DNA of 64,000 bases, taken from assembly GCA_905204225.1 (NCBI GenBank), contig CAJKZK010000001.1, positions 4,506-68,505 of the forward strand, in the 5' to 3' direction. Positions 40,154 through 51,540 of the stretch are shown in pieces. Under the pieces are notes generated by a model. The model saw nothing but the letters and a program-made list of their open reading frames with translations. It was not told the origin of the DNA and ran no database searches. Source of the DNA: an uncultured Bacillota bacterium (GTDB lineage Bacteria; Bacillota_I; Bacilli_A; RFN20; CAG-449). Each line of letters starts with the position of its first letter. The first letter of the stretch is position 1. A program made the translations under genes and the position numbers.

Positions 40154-41020
40154 ATGAATAGAAAAAGTAAAGGTTCAGAAAAAATATTTGATATTATCAT
40201 TATGATAATTATTGGCGTTCTTGCATTAATGTTCTTATTTCCTTTAATAAATGTTCTTGCGTCTTCATTGTCATCGGCTGATGCAGTAGTGGCAGGCGAA
40301 GTAGGACTATTTCCTCAACAATTTACATTAAGTGGATACAAAGAAATTTTTAAAAACGAAGATATTTGGAGAGGATTTAGAAATTCAATACTATATACAC
40401 TTATTGGAACTATTATTCAAGTTACCTGTCAAGTTTTATGTGCTTACCCTCTTTCAAGAAAAGATTTTAAAGGAAGAAAATTTTTAAACTTGTTCTTAGT
40501 TTTAACAATGTTTGTTTCTGGAGGTATGATACCAACATATTTGTTGATTCAGCAATTACATTTATATAACACTATTTGGGCAATTATTTTGCCTGGATGT
40601 ATATCAGTATTTAATATTATCGTTATTAGAACCTATATGCAATCATCAATACCAATGGAATTGCAAGAAGCAGCTATGATTGATGGATGTGGAGATTTAA
40701 AAATATTTACTAGAATTGTTTTACCTCTATGTAGACCGATAATTGCAGTTATGATTTTATATGCAGTTGTAGGGTATTGGAATTCATATTTTAATGCTTT
40801 AATGTACGTACAAGATTCTTCGCTCTATCCATTGCAAAACGTCTTAAATGATATTTTGATTTCTAATCAATCAAGCGTTGGTGGAGGCACAGATGTTAAT
40901 TTATCAGAACAGTTGAAATATGTTACTATTGTTGTTTCGTCATTACCATTATTAGTTATTTATCCGTTTTTTCAAAAATATTTTGAAAAGGGCGTTACTA
41001 TTGGTGGAATTAAAGGTTAA
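40154..41020 (+). CDS. Carbohydrate ABC transporter permease (LplC/YteP-like)
   Basis: 6 TM helices. Paired with the preceding permease. Confidence 0.75.
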   Translation: MNRKSKGSEKIFDIIIMIIIGVLALMFLFPLINVLASSLSSADAVVAGEVGLFPQQFTLSGYKEIFKNEDIWRGFRNSILYTLIGTIIQVTCQVLCAYPLSRKDFKGRKFLNLFLVLTMFVSGGMIPTYLLIQQLHLYNTIWAIILPGCISVFNIIVIRTYMQSSIPMELQEAAMIDGCGDLKIFTRIVLPLCRPIIAVMILYAVVGYWNSYFNALMYVQDSSLYPLQNVLNDILISNQSSVGGGTDVNLSEQLKYVTIVVSSLPLLVIYPFFQKYFEKGVTIGGIKG

Positions 41021-41031
41021 GGAGAAAAATT

Positions 41032-42762
41032 ATGCAAAGAAAAATAATTACATTCACATCAATTATTTTGATGGCACTTACTGCTTTTGCTGGATGCTCA
41101 TCATTACAAAAAAATTATGATCCAGATAATTTTTTATTAAATGGTACAGATGATAATCCATATAGAATTGTTAAAAATCCAGTAACAATTAAAATTTTTG
41201 CACCACATAGTTCTGGAAATCCTAATTATAGTGATTTAGAAATGTTTAAGTATTTATCTGAAATTACTGGATTAAATTTTGAATTTACAACTCCAGATAC
41301 TTCAGCTTATACAAATCAAAGAACTGGTGCTTGGTCGTCAGATAATACAATACCAGATTTATTTTTGTTCAATAATCCTATTTCTGAACTAGTAGAATAT
41401 GCAGAGAAAAAATATGACGCATATGTTCCTTTTAATGATGGTAATTATTCATATACTGTTAATGGAACTCAAGTAAATGTTGGTAATATTATCGATAATT
41501 ATATGCCTAATTATAAAAAAGGATTAGATAATAACTTTGGTGTTGATAAAGAAAAAGGTGATGCTAAAGAAACAGCTACTTTATCAGATGGATACATGTA
41601 TTCAACATTATCTGTAAAAGATGTTGCTAGAGATTTGACTTTTAAAATGTTTATCAATCAAAAGTGGATTGATAATATTAATAATGAATTTGGTGGTTAT
41701 AAAGGGAAAAAATTACCAAATGCTAATGATGTTACCACAATTGAAGAATACTTAACTATTTTAAGAGCGTTTAAAGAATTAGATGCAAATTTGAATGATG
41801 ACGCAAATGATGAAATACCTGTTACTTCAAAATCTCTTGAATATTTAAGAAACTTTATTTTAGCAAGCTATGGATATGTTTCTACAGGTGCTGAAATAGA
41901 AAATGATAATTCTAAATATAGTTATGTTCCATATCAAGAAGCATATAGAAAATATTTACAAATTGCTAGAACTATGTGGAATGAAGGATTAATGGATGTT
42001 AGTACCTTTTCTAATAAAACAGATAATCAAATGGCTCAAAATGGCGTTAAAAATCGTTTAGGAAGTTTTCCAGCTGCTGCAGCTTATTTGATTGTCGGTT
42101 ATGATTTAGAAGAAAATTATGTTACTTTTGGGCCTTTAACATCATCTTATTATACTGGTACTCCATTACAATGGGGATTTGGTTATTTTAATCCTGATGG
42201 TGCGACTATCCCTCAAAAATCAGTTTATGTTAGAGAAGTTGCTAGACTTCTTGATATTATGTATAGTGATTTAGGTGCTCAACTTATTTCTTATGGTGTG
42301 GAAAATAAAAATTGGACATGGGACAATGCTGAGCATACATCATGGACTTTCAATGTTCCTTCAACATGGACTGGTAATCAAGAACAATATAGAGCAACAA
42401 TTACTCCAAACGTAGGAAGTGCATCTGCACTATATTGGTCAAGTAACTTTGTAGAAAAAATGAATGATAAAATAATTGATTCACTTAATAAAATGTCACA
42501 AAAATATTTGCCATATTTAAAAAATCCAGAACCTTATGAAATTAAAATGAACGCTGAAGAATATAGTAAAATTACAACAATAAAAGCATCATTAGATCCT
42601 CAATTAGAATTTTTAGAAGCAAGTTATATTAGAGGAGATAATAAAAAAGACCCATATGATGATAATAGTTATAATGATTTTATTAATACATTAAAAGGAT
42701 ATAATGTTGATGAATTAATGAAATGCTATAACGATTCATTAGCTAGGTATAAAGGTAAATAA
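41032..42762 (+). CDS. Extracellular solute-binding lipoprotein (LplA-like, about 570 aa)
   Basis: Lipobox FAGC. Size and operon context. Confidence 0.65.
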   Translation: MQRKIITFTSIILMALTAFAGCSSLQKNYDPDNFLLNGTDDNPYRIVKNPVTIKIFAPHSSGNPNYSDLEMFKYLSEITGLNFEFTTPDTSAYTNQRTGAWSSDNTIPDLFLFNNPISELVEYAEKKYDAYVPFNDGNYSYTVNGTQVNVGNIIDNYMPNYKKGLDNNFGVDKEKGDAKETATLSDGYMYSTLSVKDVARDLTFKMFINQKWIDNINNEFGGYKGKKLPNANDVTTIEEYLTILRAFKELDANLNDDANDEIPVTSKSLEYLRNFILASYGYVSTGAEIENDNSKYSYVPYQEAYRKYLQIARTMWNEGLMDVSTFSNKTDNQMAQNGVKNRLGSFPAAAAYLIVGYDLEENYVTFGPLTSSYYTGTPLQWGFGYFNPDGATIPQKSVYVREVARLLDIMYSDLGAQLISYGVENKNWTWDNAEHTSWTFNVPSTWTGNQEQYRATITPNVGSASALYWSSNFVEKMNDKIIDSLNKMSQKYLPYLKNPEPYEIKMNAEEYSKITTIKASLDPQLEFLEASYIRGDNKKDPYDDNSYNDFINTLKGYNVDELMKCYNDSLARYKGK

Positions 42763-42765
42763 TTT

Positions 42766-44766
42766 ATGAAAAGAGCAAGAAATATATGTCTTTTGTTGGC
42801 TTTGTTTTCATTGTTTGCTTGTAATAGAACAGAAACTACCTCATCTAACAAAGCTTCTAATAGTAATAATTCATCAAATATTAGTAGTTTAGAAAGTTCA
42901 AATCAAGATAATTTCTCTAATGTTAATGAAGTTATTAATAGATTAAATTCATCTGCATTTTCTAATGAAATTGAATGCAAAGAAAATATTGGTTTAAATG
43001 ATATGAAAAATGTTGGCGTTAATAAAAATAGATTTGAAAATGAAACATTATATTTAATTCCTGAAGGGACAATTTACTTGGCTGAAGATTATAATATTAC
43101 TCCGTTAGGAGAAAATAATTCTGGCAATTTATCAAGTTTATTAGCTAGTTTAGTTAATGTTAAAGGAAATAAAATAATTAAATTTAAGCAAGGAGTATAT
43201 AAATTCTCTGCTACTGTTGATACTGATGGAATCGAAGATTTATATTTAGTTGGTGATAATACGGAATTTTTATATTCAGGATGGGGCACATATTTTGAAG
43301 CAAAAGTATCTAAAAATATCATGATTAGCAATATTTCATTTGATATGGAATATTCTCCAACAATTGCTGGAATAGTAAAAAGGGTTGATAGAATTAATAA
43401 TAATCCAGTTGTAGTACTTGATATTCCAAATGAATTTGATTTAACTCAATCACTTTATCAAAATTGGCAAAATAAAACATGTTCTTATATGGAATGTTAT
43501 TATGATGAAAAGACTGATGGATATGTACCAAATCGTAATGGTAATTTGTTTTATAATTCTCCATCAAGCTCAAATATTAAAGGTGTTTATGGGGCAAATT
43601 ATAGTAGTTCTAGTAAAGAGTTAGCAATTACTTTAAATGAAAATTTTGCTTATCGAACAAAAGATTATGCTGATCCAGCAATTGGCACAAAAGTTTCATT
43701 TGCATACACAATGTATGAAAACCATGGCTTTCATTTTGTAAATTGTGAAAATGTATATTTTGAAAACGTTAATGTTTATACAACAGGTGGAATGGGTTTT
43801 AGAGTAGAAAATGGAAAAAATTTCTATTTAAATAGAACAAATTTTGCCACTAAAAAGGGTTCTAATAGAATTATGACTTGTACAGCTGATATTATTCATA
43901 CTATTGGCTTAGAGGGTGATTTGAATATTACAAATTGTTTGCTTGAAGGAAGTCATGATGATGCATTGAACATTAAATCGTTTTATACAAAAGTTACTAG
44001 TATAAATGCTTCAAGTAAAGAAATAGATATTTCTCAAACTCAAAATGAAGTAGCTATAAATTACGAAATTGGTGATACTATAGATGTTTATAATCCAGAA
44101 AATATGGAGTTTATTGATACATTTAAAATTGTTGATTTAACAAAAATTGGTACTTCATATACATTAACTGTTGATAAAAGACCATCTAAAGTTAAAGAAA
44201 ATTATACAGTAGGAAATGCAAGCAAAATCACTAAAATGACTTTGGATAATTGTATTATTAGAAACAAAAGAAATCGTGGAATATTACTTCAATCTCGTGA
44301 TTCAAAAATTATTAATTGTACATTTCAAAATGTTGTAATGGGGGCAATTCAAGTACTAGCGGTTAATGATATTTTTAGAGAAGCTATTGTTCCTCAAAAT
44401 ATTGAAATTTGCAACAATAAATTTTTAAATAATTATAATGATTTAAGTGCATTTGCGTATGGTGATAATCCATCAAAATGTGTTACTGGTACTTTAAAAA
44501 ATGTTGATATACATAATAATTATTTCTTTAATGGAGTAGGAAATACTATTTGGATTTTAGCTAATGGTAATACAAAAATTCATGATAATTTAATTCATTA
44601 TAATAAGGCTTTAACAAGTGTAATTATGAATATTGAAAATTCGTCTTCTATTAATGTTTATAATAATGTTTTATATAATTTAACAACTGCAAATATGTCT
44701 ATTGTTGTATCAAAATCATGTCTAGATTTAATTAACAAAAATAATGAAGTGAGGAGTTCTTTATGA
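42766..44766 (+). CDS. Right-handed beta-helix (pectin-lyase-fold) lipoprotein, putative glycoside hydrolase or polysaccharide lyase
   Basis: Lipobox LFAC. Motifs TADIIH, SHDDALNIK, IRNKRNRG. Paralogue of the next gene. Confidence 0.5.
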   Translation: MKRARNICLLLALFSLFACNRTETTSSNKASNSNNSSNISSLESSNQDNFSNVNEVINRLNSSAFSNEIECKENIGLNDMKNVGVNKNRFENETLYLIPEGTIYLAEDYNITPLGENNSGNLSSLLASLVNVKGNKIIKFKQGVYKFSATVDTDGIEDLYLVGDNTEFLYSGWGTYFEAKVSKNIMISNISFDMEYSPTIAGIVKRVDRINNNPVVVLDIPNEFDLTQSLYQNWQNKTCSYMECYYDEKTDGYVPNRNGNLFYNSPSSSNIKGVYGANYSSSSKELAITLNENFAYRTKDYADPAIGTKVSFAYTMYENHGFHFVNCENVYFENVNVYTTGGMGFRVENGKNFYLNRTNFATKKGSNRIMTCTADIIHTIGLEGDLNITNCLLEGSHDDALNIKSFYTKVTSINASSKEIDISQTQNEVAINYEIGDTIDVYNPENMEFIDTFKIVDLTKIGTSYTLTVDKRPSKVKENYTVGNASKITKMTLDNCIIRNKRNRGILLQSRDSKIINCTFQNVVMGAIQVLAVNDIFREAIVPQNIEICNNKFLNNYNDLSAFAYGDNPSKCVTGTLKNVDIHNNYFFNGVGNTIWILANGNTKIHDNLIHYNKALTSVIMNIENSSSINVYNNVLYNLTTANMSIVVSKSCLDLINKNNEVRSSL

Positions 44767-47762
44767 AAAAAAGTATTTTATTAACGTTATCTTTATTTCT
44801 TCTTACCCCTAATTTAATTTCTTGTGGAGGAACAACTTCTTCCCAACAAGATATTATTAATGTTGAAAGCGTTAGTGTTTCTGCGAGCACTGAAACGTTA
44901 AAAATTGATGAACAATTACAACTAGTTGTCTCTATTTTACCTTTGAACGCTACAAATAAAAATGTTATTTATACAGCAAGTAATGATAACGCTATTGTTT
45001 CATCATCTGGTGTGGTTACTGGTAAAAAAGCTGGGAGTGTGACAATTGAAGTAAAAACAGAGGATGGTAATAAAACTTCCTCAATTAATTTAAATGTTCA
45101 AGATAATGATCCTAATAAAAATCTATCTATTAATGATTATGCTAGTAAATTAAGTGAATCTCCTTATGCAAATTTGGAACTTACTTCAAAAGAAAAATAT
45201 GGGTTAGAAAATAGCAATGTCGGGGTCAATCAAAATTTAGTTGTTGAGAAATATGGAAAAATTAATGATGATCAAGTAAATGCTATTATTGATGTAAATA
45301 GCATTACTTTACAACAAGTACAAACATACTTTGCTTCTTGTACAAAACTTAATAATTATTATAAGTTACAAACTGCTATTTATTTAGCCAAAGAAAAAAA
45401 TGATAATAATGAGATTGTTAAAATTAAATTGCCAAGTGGACAATTTGATATTGAAGCGTATTTGTCAAATGATTCATCTGCTTTGGTTTTTACTGGATTA
45501 AATGGAACATATTTTGAAGGTAATAATACAATTATTAATATTATAATTCAAGATCTAAATTATAAAGGATATTTTACTATTTCTAATTGTAAAAATGTTT
45601 ATTTTAATGATATTATTTTAAATCAAGAAATACCATCATCTTTAACTGGCAAAATTATTGAAGGAAGCACAGAAACTAAAAAAATTAAGATTGAAGTTGA
45701 TAAAGAATTTAATCCTTTAGTTAAAGAATTAATGAAAAAAAAGAAATCTTTACGTTCTTGGGTTGAATTTGGTCAAATTAATAAAACTCCTCTTGAAGGC
45801 GGAAATTTTTTAGTTGATTCATTTACTGATTATACAATTTCAGAACCAACTAATAATAATTATCAAATTGAAGTAACATTTTCAACAGGTATTAATAGAT
45901 CAAGAAATGGAACATTAGTTTCTTTACAATTTTCTCAATATGATGCACGTGGCGTTTCAATAACTTCTTCAAATGGAATTTATTTTGAAAATGTTACAAT
46001 GCATAATGCTTATGGAATGGCACTTGTTTCATCAGAAACTAGCAATTTATATTTAAATAGATTTAATTTAACCATTAAAGAAAATAGTTCATCTTTAATG
46101 ACTGCAACTGCTGATGCTTTACATTTTGAAAAGATGAGTGGTAATGTTGAAGTAACAAATTCAATTATTGAAAATTCACATGATGATGCTTTAAATATTA
46201 AACATGGTTATTGGTATAAACTTGTTTCAGCTGAAGGTGGCAGTGCTAAAACAATGACTGTCAATAAGTTAACTGGAACTGTTCTTGAACCTAAAGTTGG
46301 AGATAAAATTGCAATTTATAATGAAGATACATTTGAAGGATATAATCCAACTAATGGTTATTATACAATTGATACAATTGAAAAAACTTCATCTGGGTAT
46401 AATTTTAAAGTAAAGGAAAGAATGTCTAACGTTAGTGATTGGGGTAATTGTAGAGTAACATTTATCTCAAATACTCCAAAATTAACATTTACAAACAATA
46501 TTATTAGAAATAAAAGAAATAGAGGATTACTTATTCAAGTGCCTAATGCTTTAATTGAAAATAATGCATTTATGAATGTTGGACATGGATCTATTCAAGT
46601 TGCATCAGCAATGGATCAATATAATGAAGCTACTTTAGCGCAAAATGTTACTATTAAAAATAATAAGTTTATTAATAATTGTTATATTAAACCAGAACCA
46701 TTATATGGAGATATTTCAATTTTTGCTATTTCAAGTAATGCATCTGTTGCTCCTAAATCAACTTTATATGGAGCTACTATTGAAAATAATTTTATCGCTA
46801 AAAATGGTAATGCTGCTATTTCTTTTAGAGGTGTTGGTTCATCATCAATTAATGATAATTTGTTTTATGATTGTAGTTATATTCAACCATCTGGTGATAA
46901 ATTTAATACATTATTACAAACTGTTAATTGTGAAAAAATTGAATTAAATAATAATTATAATTATTATACTTTAAATAAAGGTTTAAGTGGAGTTACTCCA
47001 GAAGGAAATACTTCAGAAAGTGATATTAATATTGCTTCGTCAAATCATAATATTTCTTTTAAAACTAATGAAGAAGCAGGTCCAAAAGTTGATGTTGCAA
47101 AATTAAATAAAGCAATTACTATTGATGGTGATTTATCTGATTGGGAAGGTTCTAATGCTACAAATATTGATATAATTGGTATTTCTGATGCTGAAGGAAC
47201 ACAAAGAACAAGTGAGGAACTTGCTAATCATTTCAAAATTAATAAATTGGTTATGAGCTATGATAATCAAGGAATTTATTTTGGATTTGATGTTTATGAT
47301 AATAAAATCGATGTTAAAACTGTTAATGATTTCTGGCTTGGAGATTGTGTTGAGTTATTTATGTCAACGATTACTGATATGCCTAATGCTGATATGCAAA
47401 TTTATAAACAGAAAGGAGGTGTACTTCAAGCAGCTTTTGCACCAACGTGGGAAAGGAATGGTTATTATACTTTTTCAGAAGTAAGAACTAATTCTAAATA
47501 CATTGAGAATCAAGCATTAATGCAAGCTAATTTTACTACAAAGAGCGATGGATACGTTGGTGAATTTATGATTCCATTTACTTTAGCTCCGGAATTTAAA
47601 ACAGCAATTGATGAAAATAAAGCAATTGATATTGCAATTGTAATAGCCGATGCGGAACGTAATGATATGGGACTTAAGAGAGTTCAAATTGGTAATATTC
47701 CACATTTTGTTGAAGATTATAAGACAAAAACAGCGAGAATGCCACAATATTTATTTAAATAA
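44763..47762 (+). CDS. Large lipoprotein with a Big_2 Ig-like domain, a beta-helix catalytic-like core and a C-terminal CBM9/DOMON-like domain
   Basis: Lipobox LISC. Big_2 motif near the N-terminus. TADALH, SHDDALNIK, IRNKRNRG, NVGHGSIQV. C-terminal ITIDGDLSDWEG. Confidence 0.5.
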   Translation: MKKSILLTLSLFLLTPNLISCGGTTSSQQDIINVESVSVSASTETLKIDEQLQLVVSILPLNATNKNVIYTASNDNAIVSSSGVVTGKKAGSVTIEVKTEDGNKTSSINLNVQDNDPNKNLSINDYASKLSESPYANLELTSKEKYGLENSNVGVNQNLVVEKYGKINDDQVNAIIDVNSITLQQVQTYFASCTKLNNYYKLQTAIYLAKEKNDNNEIVKIKLPSGQFDIEAYLSNDSSALVFTGLNGTYFEGNNTIINIIIQDLNYKGYFTISNCKNVYFNDIILNQEIPSSLTGKIIEGSTETKKIKIEVDKEFNPLVKELMKKKKSLRSWVEFGQINKTPLEGGNFLVDSFTDYTISEPTNNNYQIEVTFSTGINRSRNGTLVSLQFSQYDARGVSITSSNGIYFENVTMHNAYGMALVSSETSNLYLNRFNLTIKENSSSLMTATADALHFEKMSGNVEVTNSIIENSHDDALNIKHGYWYKLVSAEGGSAKTMTVNKLTGTVLEPKVGDKIAIYNEDTFEGYNPTNGYYTIDTIEKTSSGYNFKVKERMSNVSDWGNCRVTFISNTPKLTFTNNIIRNKRNRGLLIQVPNALIENNAFMNVGHGSIQVASAMDQYNEATLAQNVTIKNNKFINNCYIKPEPLYGDISIFAISSNASVAPKSTLYGATIENNFIAKNGNAAISFRGVGSSSINDNLFYDCSYIQPSGDKFNTLLQTVNCEKIELNNNYNYYTLNKGLSGVTPEGNTSESDINIASSNHNISFKTNEEAGPKVDVAKLNKAITIDGDLSDWEGSNATNIDIIGISDAEGTQRTSEELANHFKINKLVMSYDNQGIYFGFDVYDNKIDVKTVNDFWLGDCVELFMSTITDMPNADMQIYKQKGGVLQAAFAPTWERNGYYTFSEVRTNSKYIENQALMQANFTTKSDGYVGEFMIPFTLAPEFKTAIDENKAIDIAIVIADAERNDMGLKRVQIGNIPHFVEDYKTKTARMPQYLFK

Positions 47763-47794
47763 TTTTTTTTGAAGTATATTTATAAGGAGGAACA

Positions 47795-49975
47795 ATGAAA
47801 AAGAAAATTATACCTTTTGCTGTGTTATTAGCAGCATTAACAACAGGAATTGTTGGATGTGGAGAGATAAATTCTTCTAATCCACAACCAACAACATCTA
47901 GTGAAGCAACATCTACAACATCAAGTGAGAAGGAGGTTGTACATGTCAGCTCAATTTCTATTATAGCTGAAAAAACTGAATTATTCATTGGTGAAAACAC
48001 AAAAGTAAAAACTAGTGTTTTACCTGAAAACGCTGATGACAAAACTTTCACACTAAAAAGTGAGGATGAAAGTATTTTAACTGTTGATCAAACTGGTAAA
48101 GTTACTGCTATTGCGGCAGGAACAACTAATGTTGTTGCAACAAGTACTGATGGAGCAAAAACTTCTAAAGTTAGTATTACTGTTAAAGCAGCAAGTAAAC
48201 CAGTTTTAAAAATGCCAGAAGTTTTAACTTATCAAGCATCAGTAGGCACTGCCTTTACATTACCTACAGTTACTGCTAAAGATTATAAAGGTAATGATAT
48301 AACTTCAAGTATTGAAATAGAAGATTTGAATGAAAAAGGATCTATTAAAAATGGTGTTTTTACTGCAGCAATTGCTGGCGAACATACTTTATCATATTAT
48401 GTTGAAGATCCAAATGATGCTAATTTATTTACAGAAGGTGAAATAAAAATTAATGTTGCAGCTGCTCATGAAGAAACTTTTGATGTTACTGGATATGATG
48501 ATCCTTCAGCTTTAGCAAATTATGGAACATTTAAAGAAAATTTTGGAAAAGGCATTAAATCTCCAACTTATAGAGCGATTGCTGATTCAAATAATGCTAC
48601 TCATTTGTCTGGTGGAGAAGATGCTATTAATGGTAACTCATTAATTGTTGATGCTAATAAAACTGCAGGAAGTGCTGCAAGATGTATATTCTTTAATCAA
48701 TTTAATGATTATTTTAAGCGTGGAATGTCTGCTACTTATACTGTTTCATTTTCGTATAAAATTTTATCTAATGATGTTGGAAATTTCTCTAATTTCTACC
48801 TTCAATTAAATTGGGATGGATCTAGTGGATTAAATCAAACATTTGTACCTTCAAATGCACAAGTTAATACTGTTTATGAAGCAAGTTTTTCTTTCCCTGG
48901 TACAAAAATTCCAACTACTGGTAATGCTTGGTTTGGTTTATTTAAATTAAGTGGATCTAATACTGACACTATTATTGCAATTGATAATTTAACATTTAGT
49001 GCAAAAGAAGTGGCACAAGTTAATGCAGTTGTACCTTCAAGTGAACAATTAACAAATGGCTTTACTTTTGATATGGAGAATAATGGTACAGAATCAACTA
49101 ATGGCGAAACTGTTATCATTGATAAAATTGAAAATACTGATGCAAAAACTGCTATGAAAGCAAATGATAATTTTGGCAAAAATGCTTTAAAATTAACAAA
49201 TGCTGATGACCATTTATTTGCAGGCTTAACCAAAAACAATATGGTTGTTGGTAAAAAATTAACTATTGAAGTGTATTATTATAGTGTTAATAATAAAGGT
49301 CTTCATTATATTATGATGGGTGATAATGGTAACCCAACTCTTCAAATTGAAGATAAAGAAGTAAGTGGTAATATTCGTGTTACTAAATATGAAGGTGTTA
49401 TTGAAAGTGGTTGGAATCAATTAAATATTTATGGTCAAGGTAATTCAAGCTTTGAAATTTATATTGGTAAAATTAATTTAAAATTAGCAGAAGCTGATCC
49501 TGTTCCAGAAGATGAAACCCCAAAAGGTTATAAAGTTGGTTTTAATTTTAATGAAAAAACACGTGCTTTTGGCACAGCTAATGAGACTTCTAGAGCAGTA
49601 GAAAATTTTGATAATAATGCAGCTGTCATTGCTAATTCAAATATGGGTGATGCACCTCAAAAAGTTACATTTAAAAATGCAAATACCACTATTGAATGGT
49701 TTAGAGGTGATGGTAGAATTGAAGATAAACAAAAATATAAAATCACTCTTGATTACTATGTTTCTAATTGGAGTGGTCGTTTGATGTATAATTTTGATAA
49801 CAATGTTTTCTTAGAAATTGGTTCTAATATGGAAGAAGGTTATCATCGTTCTGAAATTACTTGGACTGCAAATAGACAAGTTGATTTCTTCTCGTTCTAT
49901 ACTCCTGGAGATGGAGGAACAGGAACATTCTATGTTGGCAATATTAATGTAGAACTAATTGAAATTGCAAAATAA
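47795..49975 (+). CDS. Surface lipoprotein with a Big_2 Ig-like domain and jelly-roll/CBM-like domains
   Basis: Lipobox IVGC. Big_2-like region. No recognisable catalytic motifs. Confidence 0.45.
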   Translation: MKKKIIPFAVLLAALTTGIVGCGEINSSNPQPTTSSEATSTTSSEKEVVHVSSISIIAEKTELFIGENTKVKTSVLPENADDKTFTLKSEDESILTVDQTGKVTAIAAGTTNVVATSTDGAKTSKVSITVKAASKPVLKMPEVLTYQASVGTAFTLPTVTAKDYKGNDITSSIEIEDLNEKGSIKNGVFTAAIAGEHTLSYYVEDPNDANLFTEGEIKINVAAAHEETFDVTGYDDPSALANYGTFKENFGKGIKSPTYRAIADSNNATHLSGGEDAINGNSLIVDANKTAGSAARCIFFNQFNDYFKRGMSATYTVSFSYKILSNDVGNFSNFYLQLNWDGSSGLNQTFVPSNAQVNTVYEASFSFPGTKIPTTGNAWFGLFKLSGSNTDTIIAIDNLTFSAKEVAQVNAVVPSSEQLTNGFTFDMENNGTESTNGETVIIDKIENTDAKTAMKANDNFGKNALKLTNADDHLFAGLTKNNMVVGKKLTIEVYYYSVNNKGLHYIMMGDNGNPTLQIEDKEVSGNIRVTKYEGVIESGWNQLNIYGQGNSSFEIYIGKINLKLAEADPVPEDETPKGYKVGFNFNEKTRAFGTANETSRAVENFDNNAAVIANSNMGDAPQKVTFKNANTTIEWFRGDGRIEDKQKYKITLDYYVSNWSGRLMYNFDNNVFLEIGSNMEEGYHRSEITWTANRQVDFFSFYTPGDGGTGTFYVGNINVELIEIAK

Positions 49976-49985
49976 AAAAATAAAT

Positions 49986-50022
49986 ATATATGGAGTTAGG
50001 ATTAATTCCTAATTCCATATTC
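49986..50022 (+). terminator. 12-bp stem hairpin (ATGGAGTTAGGA-ttaa-TTCCTAATTCCAT) between the Big_2 lipoprotein gene and the next gene. Possible terminator or attenuator; no T-run.
   Basis: Inverted repeat with one mismatch. Confidence 0.35.
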
Positions 50023-50037
50023 ATATAAGGGGGCTTT

Positions 50038-51540
50038 ATGAAAAAAATACTAGGAGATCTATTTCGTAGAATAGAATTAAATAGAAATAGATTAAAAGAT
50101 TCTATGTACCTAGCAAAAGACCTTTTTGATCAAAATGATTCTTGGCCTGGTGATTTTCAAGGCAGAGATATTCTTGCTTTAACTTCTTTATATAAAGCTT
50201 ATGAAGGATATGATGATAAACAAAAAGATGTCTTAAAACAATTAGAAGATATATTTGCATTATTAGATCAAAAAGTTAATAGATATGGTTATTTTGGAAA
50301 AGAATTTAATGGTGAATATGTCAATGAACAACAAGTATCAAGTAATTCCTGGTTTATAAGAGGATTAGTTAATTATTATAATATTACAAAAAATGATAAG
50401 TATCTAAAACAAATTAAATCTATTGTTGATAATTTTTTAGTGCCAATTTCATCTTTTTATGAAAGATATCCTACTCAAAGAAAAAAACAAGATTTAGGTG
50501 GTGTAAGTGGATTTAATGATGGAACTGTTATAAATGGTTGGGAATTATCAACCGATATAGGATGTGCTTTTATTATGTTAGATGGTATAAGCGCAGCATA
50601 TGAAGTATATCAAGATGAAAAAGTTAAAAATATAATTGAATTAATGATTAATGCTTTTTTAAAAATTGATTATTTAAATTTGGAATGCCAAACGCATGCT
50701 ACATTATCATGTACAAGAGGTATTATTAGATATAGTAAATATAATAAAAAGTATTTTAATTACGCGGTAAGAATTTTTGATGATTATTTATCTAAAGGTA
50801 TGACATATGATTACGCTAATATAAATTGGTTTAATCGCTTTACTACTTGGACTGAACCTTGTGGAATAATTGATAGTATGATTATTGCTCGTAAGTTATA
50901 TGAAATTACAAAAGAGGAAAAATATTTGGATGTTTTCAATCGAATATATACTAATTCTTTAAGGACATTTCAAAGAATTAATGGTGGTGCAGGGTGTTCA
51001 ACTTGCGCAATTAAAGATAATTATTTAATGAAATCATATTTGTATGAAGCTTTCTTTTGTTGTACTATGAGATTAGGAGATGGATTATGTTATTTAACTA
51101 ATTTTTCAATAGTAAATAATGAAAATAACTTAATAGTTAATTTTCCTGTTAAATTAGAATATGAAGATGATAATATTTCCTTTTTATTAGATAATGAATT
51201 TTATTATAATGATAATAGAATTATAATTAATGTTACTAGATTAATTAAACCGATAGTTCTTAAAATTAGATTACCAAAAGATAGTTTTGTTGAAAAATAT
51301 GATATTAATGGAAGATGGTTAGAAGTTAATTTGACTGAAGAAAAAGAATATGTTTTTAATTTAAAAAATAATATTAATTCTCAAAATGGTATTTTATTTT
51401 TTGGTGATATGCTTTTAACAAAGAAAAAAGAAAAAATGGAGCATGAATTATTTATTAATAAAGAAGTATATTCATATGTTTATGATAATTCAAAATTTGA
51501 TGAAAGAGAATTAGATGAAAAAGTGCAGTATGTTAAATAA
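50038..51540 (+). CDS. Cytoplasmic putative glycoside hydrolase of six-hairpin type, GH127/GH146-like Cys-rich catalytic domain
   Basis: No signal peptide. TEPCG (E-x-C) and FFCCTMR (CC) resemble the GH127 Glu-Cys3 zinc/catalytic-Cys motifs. RBS AAGGGGG. Confidence 0.3.
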   Translation: MKKILGDLFRRIELNRNRLKDSMYLAKDLFDQNDSWPGDFQGRDILALTSLYKAYEGYDDKQKDVLKQLEDIFALLDQKVNRYGYFGKEFNGEYVNEQQVSSNSWFIRGLVNYYNITKNDKYLKQIKSIVDNFLVPISSFYERYPTQRKKQDLGGVSGFNDGTVINGWELSTDIGCAFIMLDGISAAYEVYQDEKVKNIIELMINAFLKIDYLNLECQTHATLSCTRGIIRYSKYNKKYFNYAVRIFDDYLSKGMTYDYANINWFNRFTTWTEPCGIIDSMIIARKLYEITKEEKYLDVFNRIYTNSLRTFQRINGGAGCSTCAIKDNYLMKSYLYEAFFCCTMRLGDGLCYLTNFSIVNNENNLIVNFPVKLEYEDDNISFLLDNEFYYNDNRIIINVTRLIKPIVLKIRLPKDSFVEKYDINGRWLEVNLTEEKEYVFNLKNNINSQNGILFFGDMLLTKKKEKMEHELFINKEVYSYVYDNSKFDERELDEKVQYVK

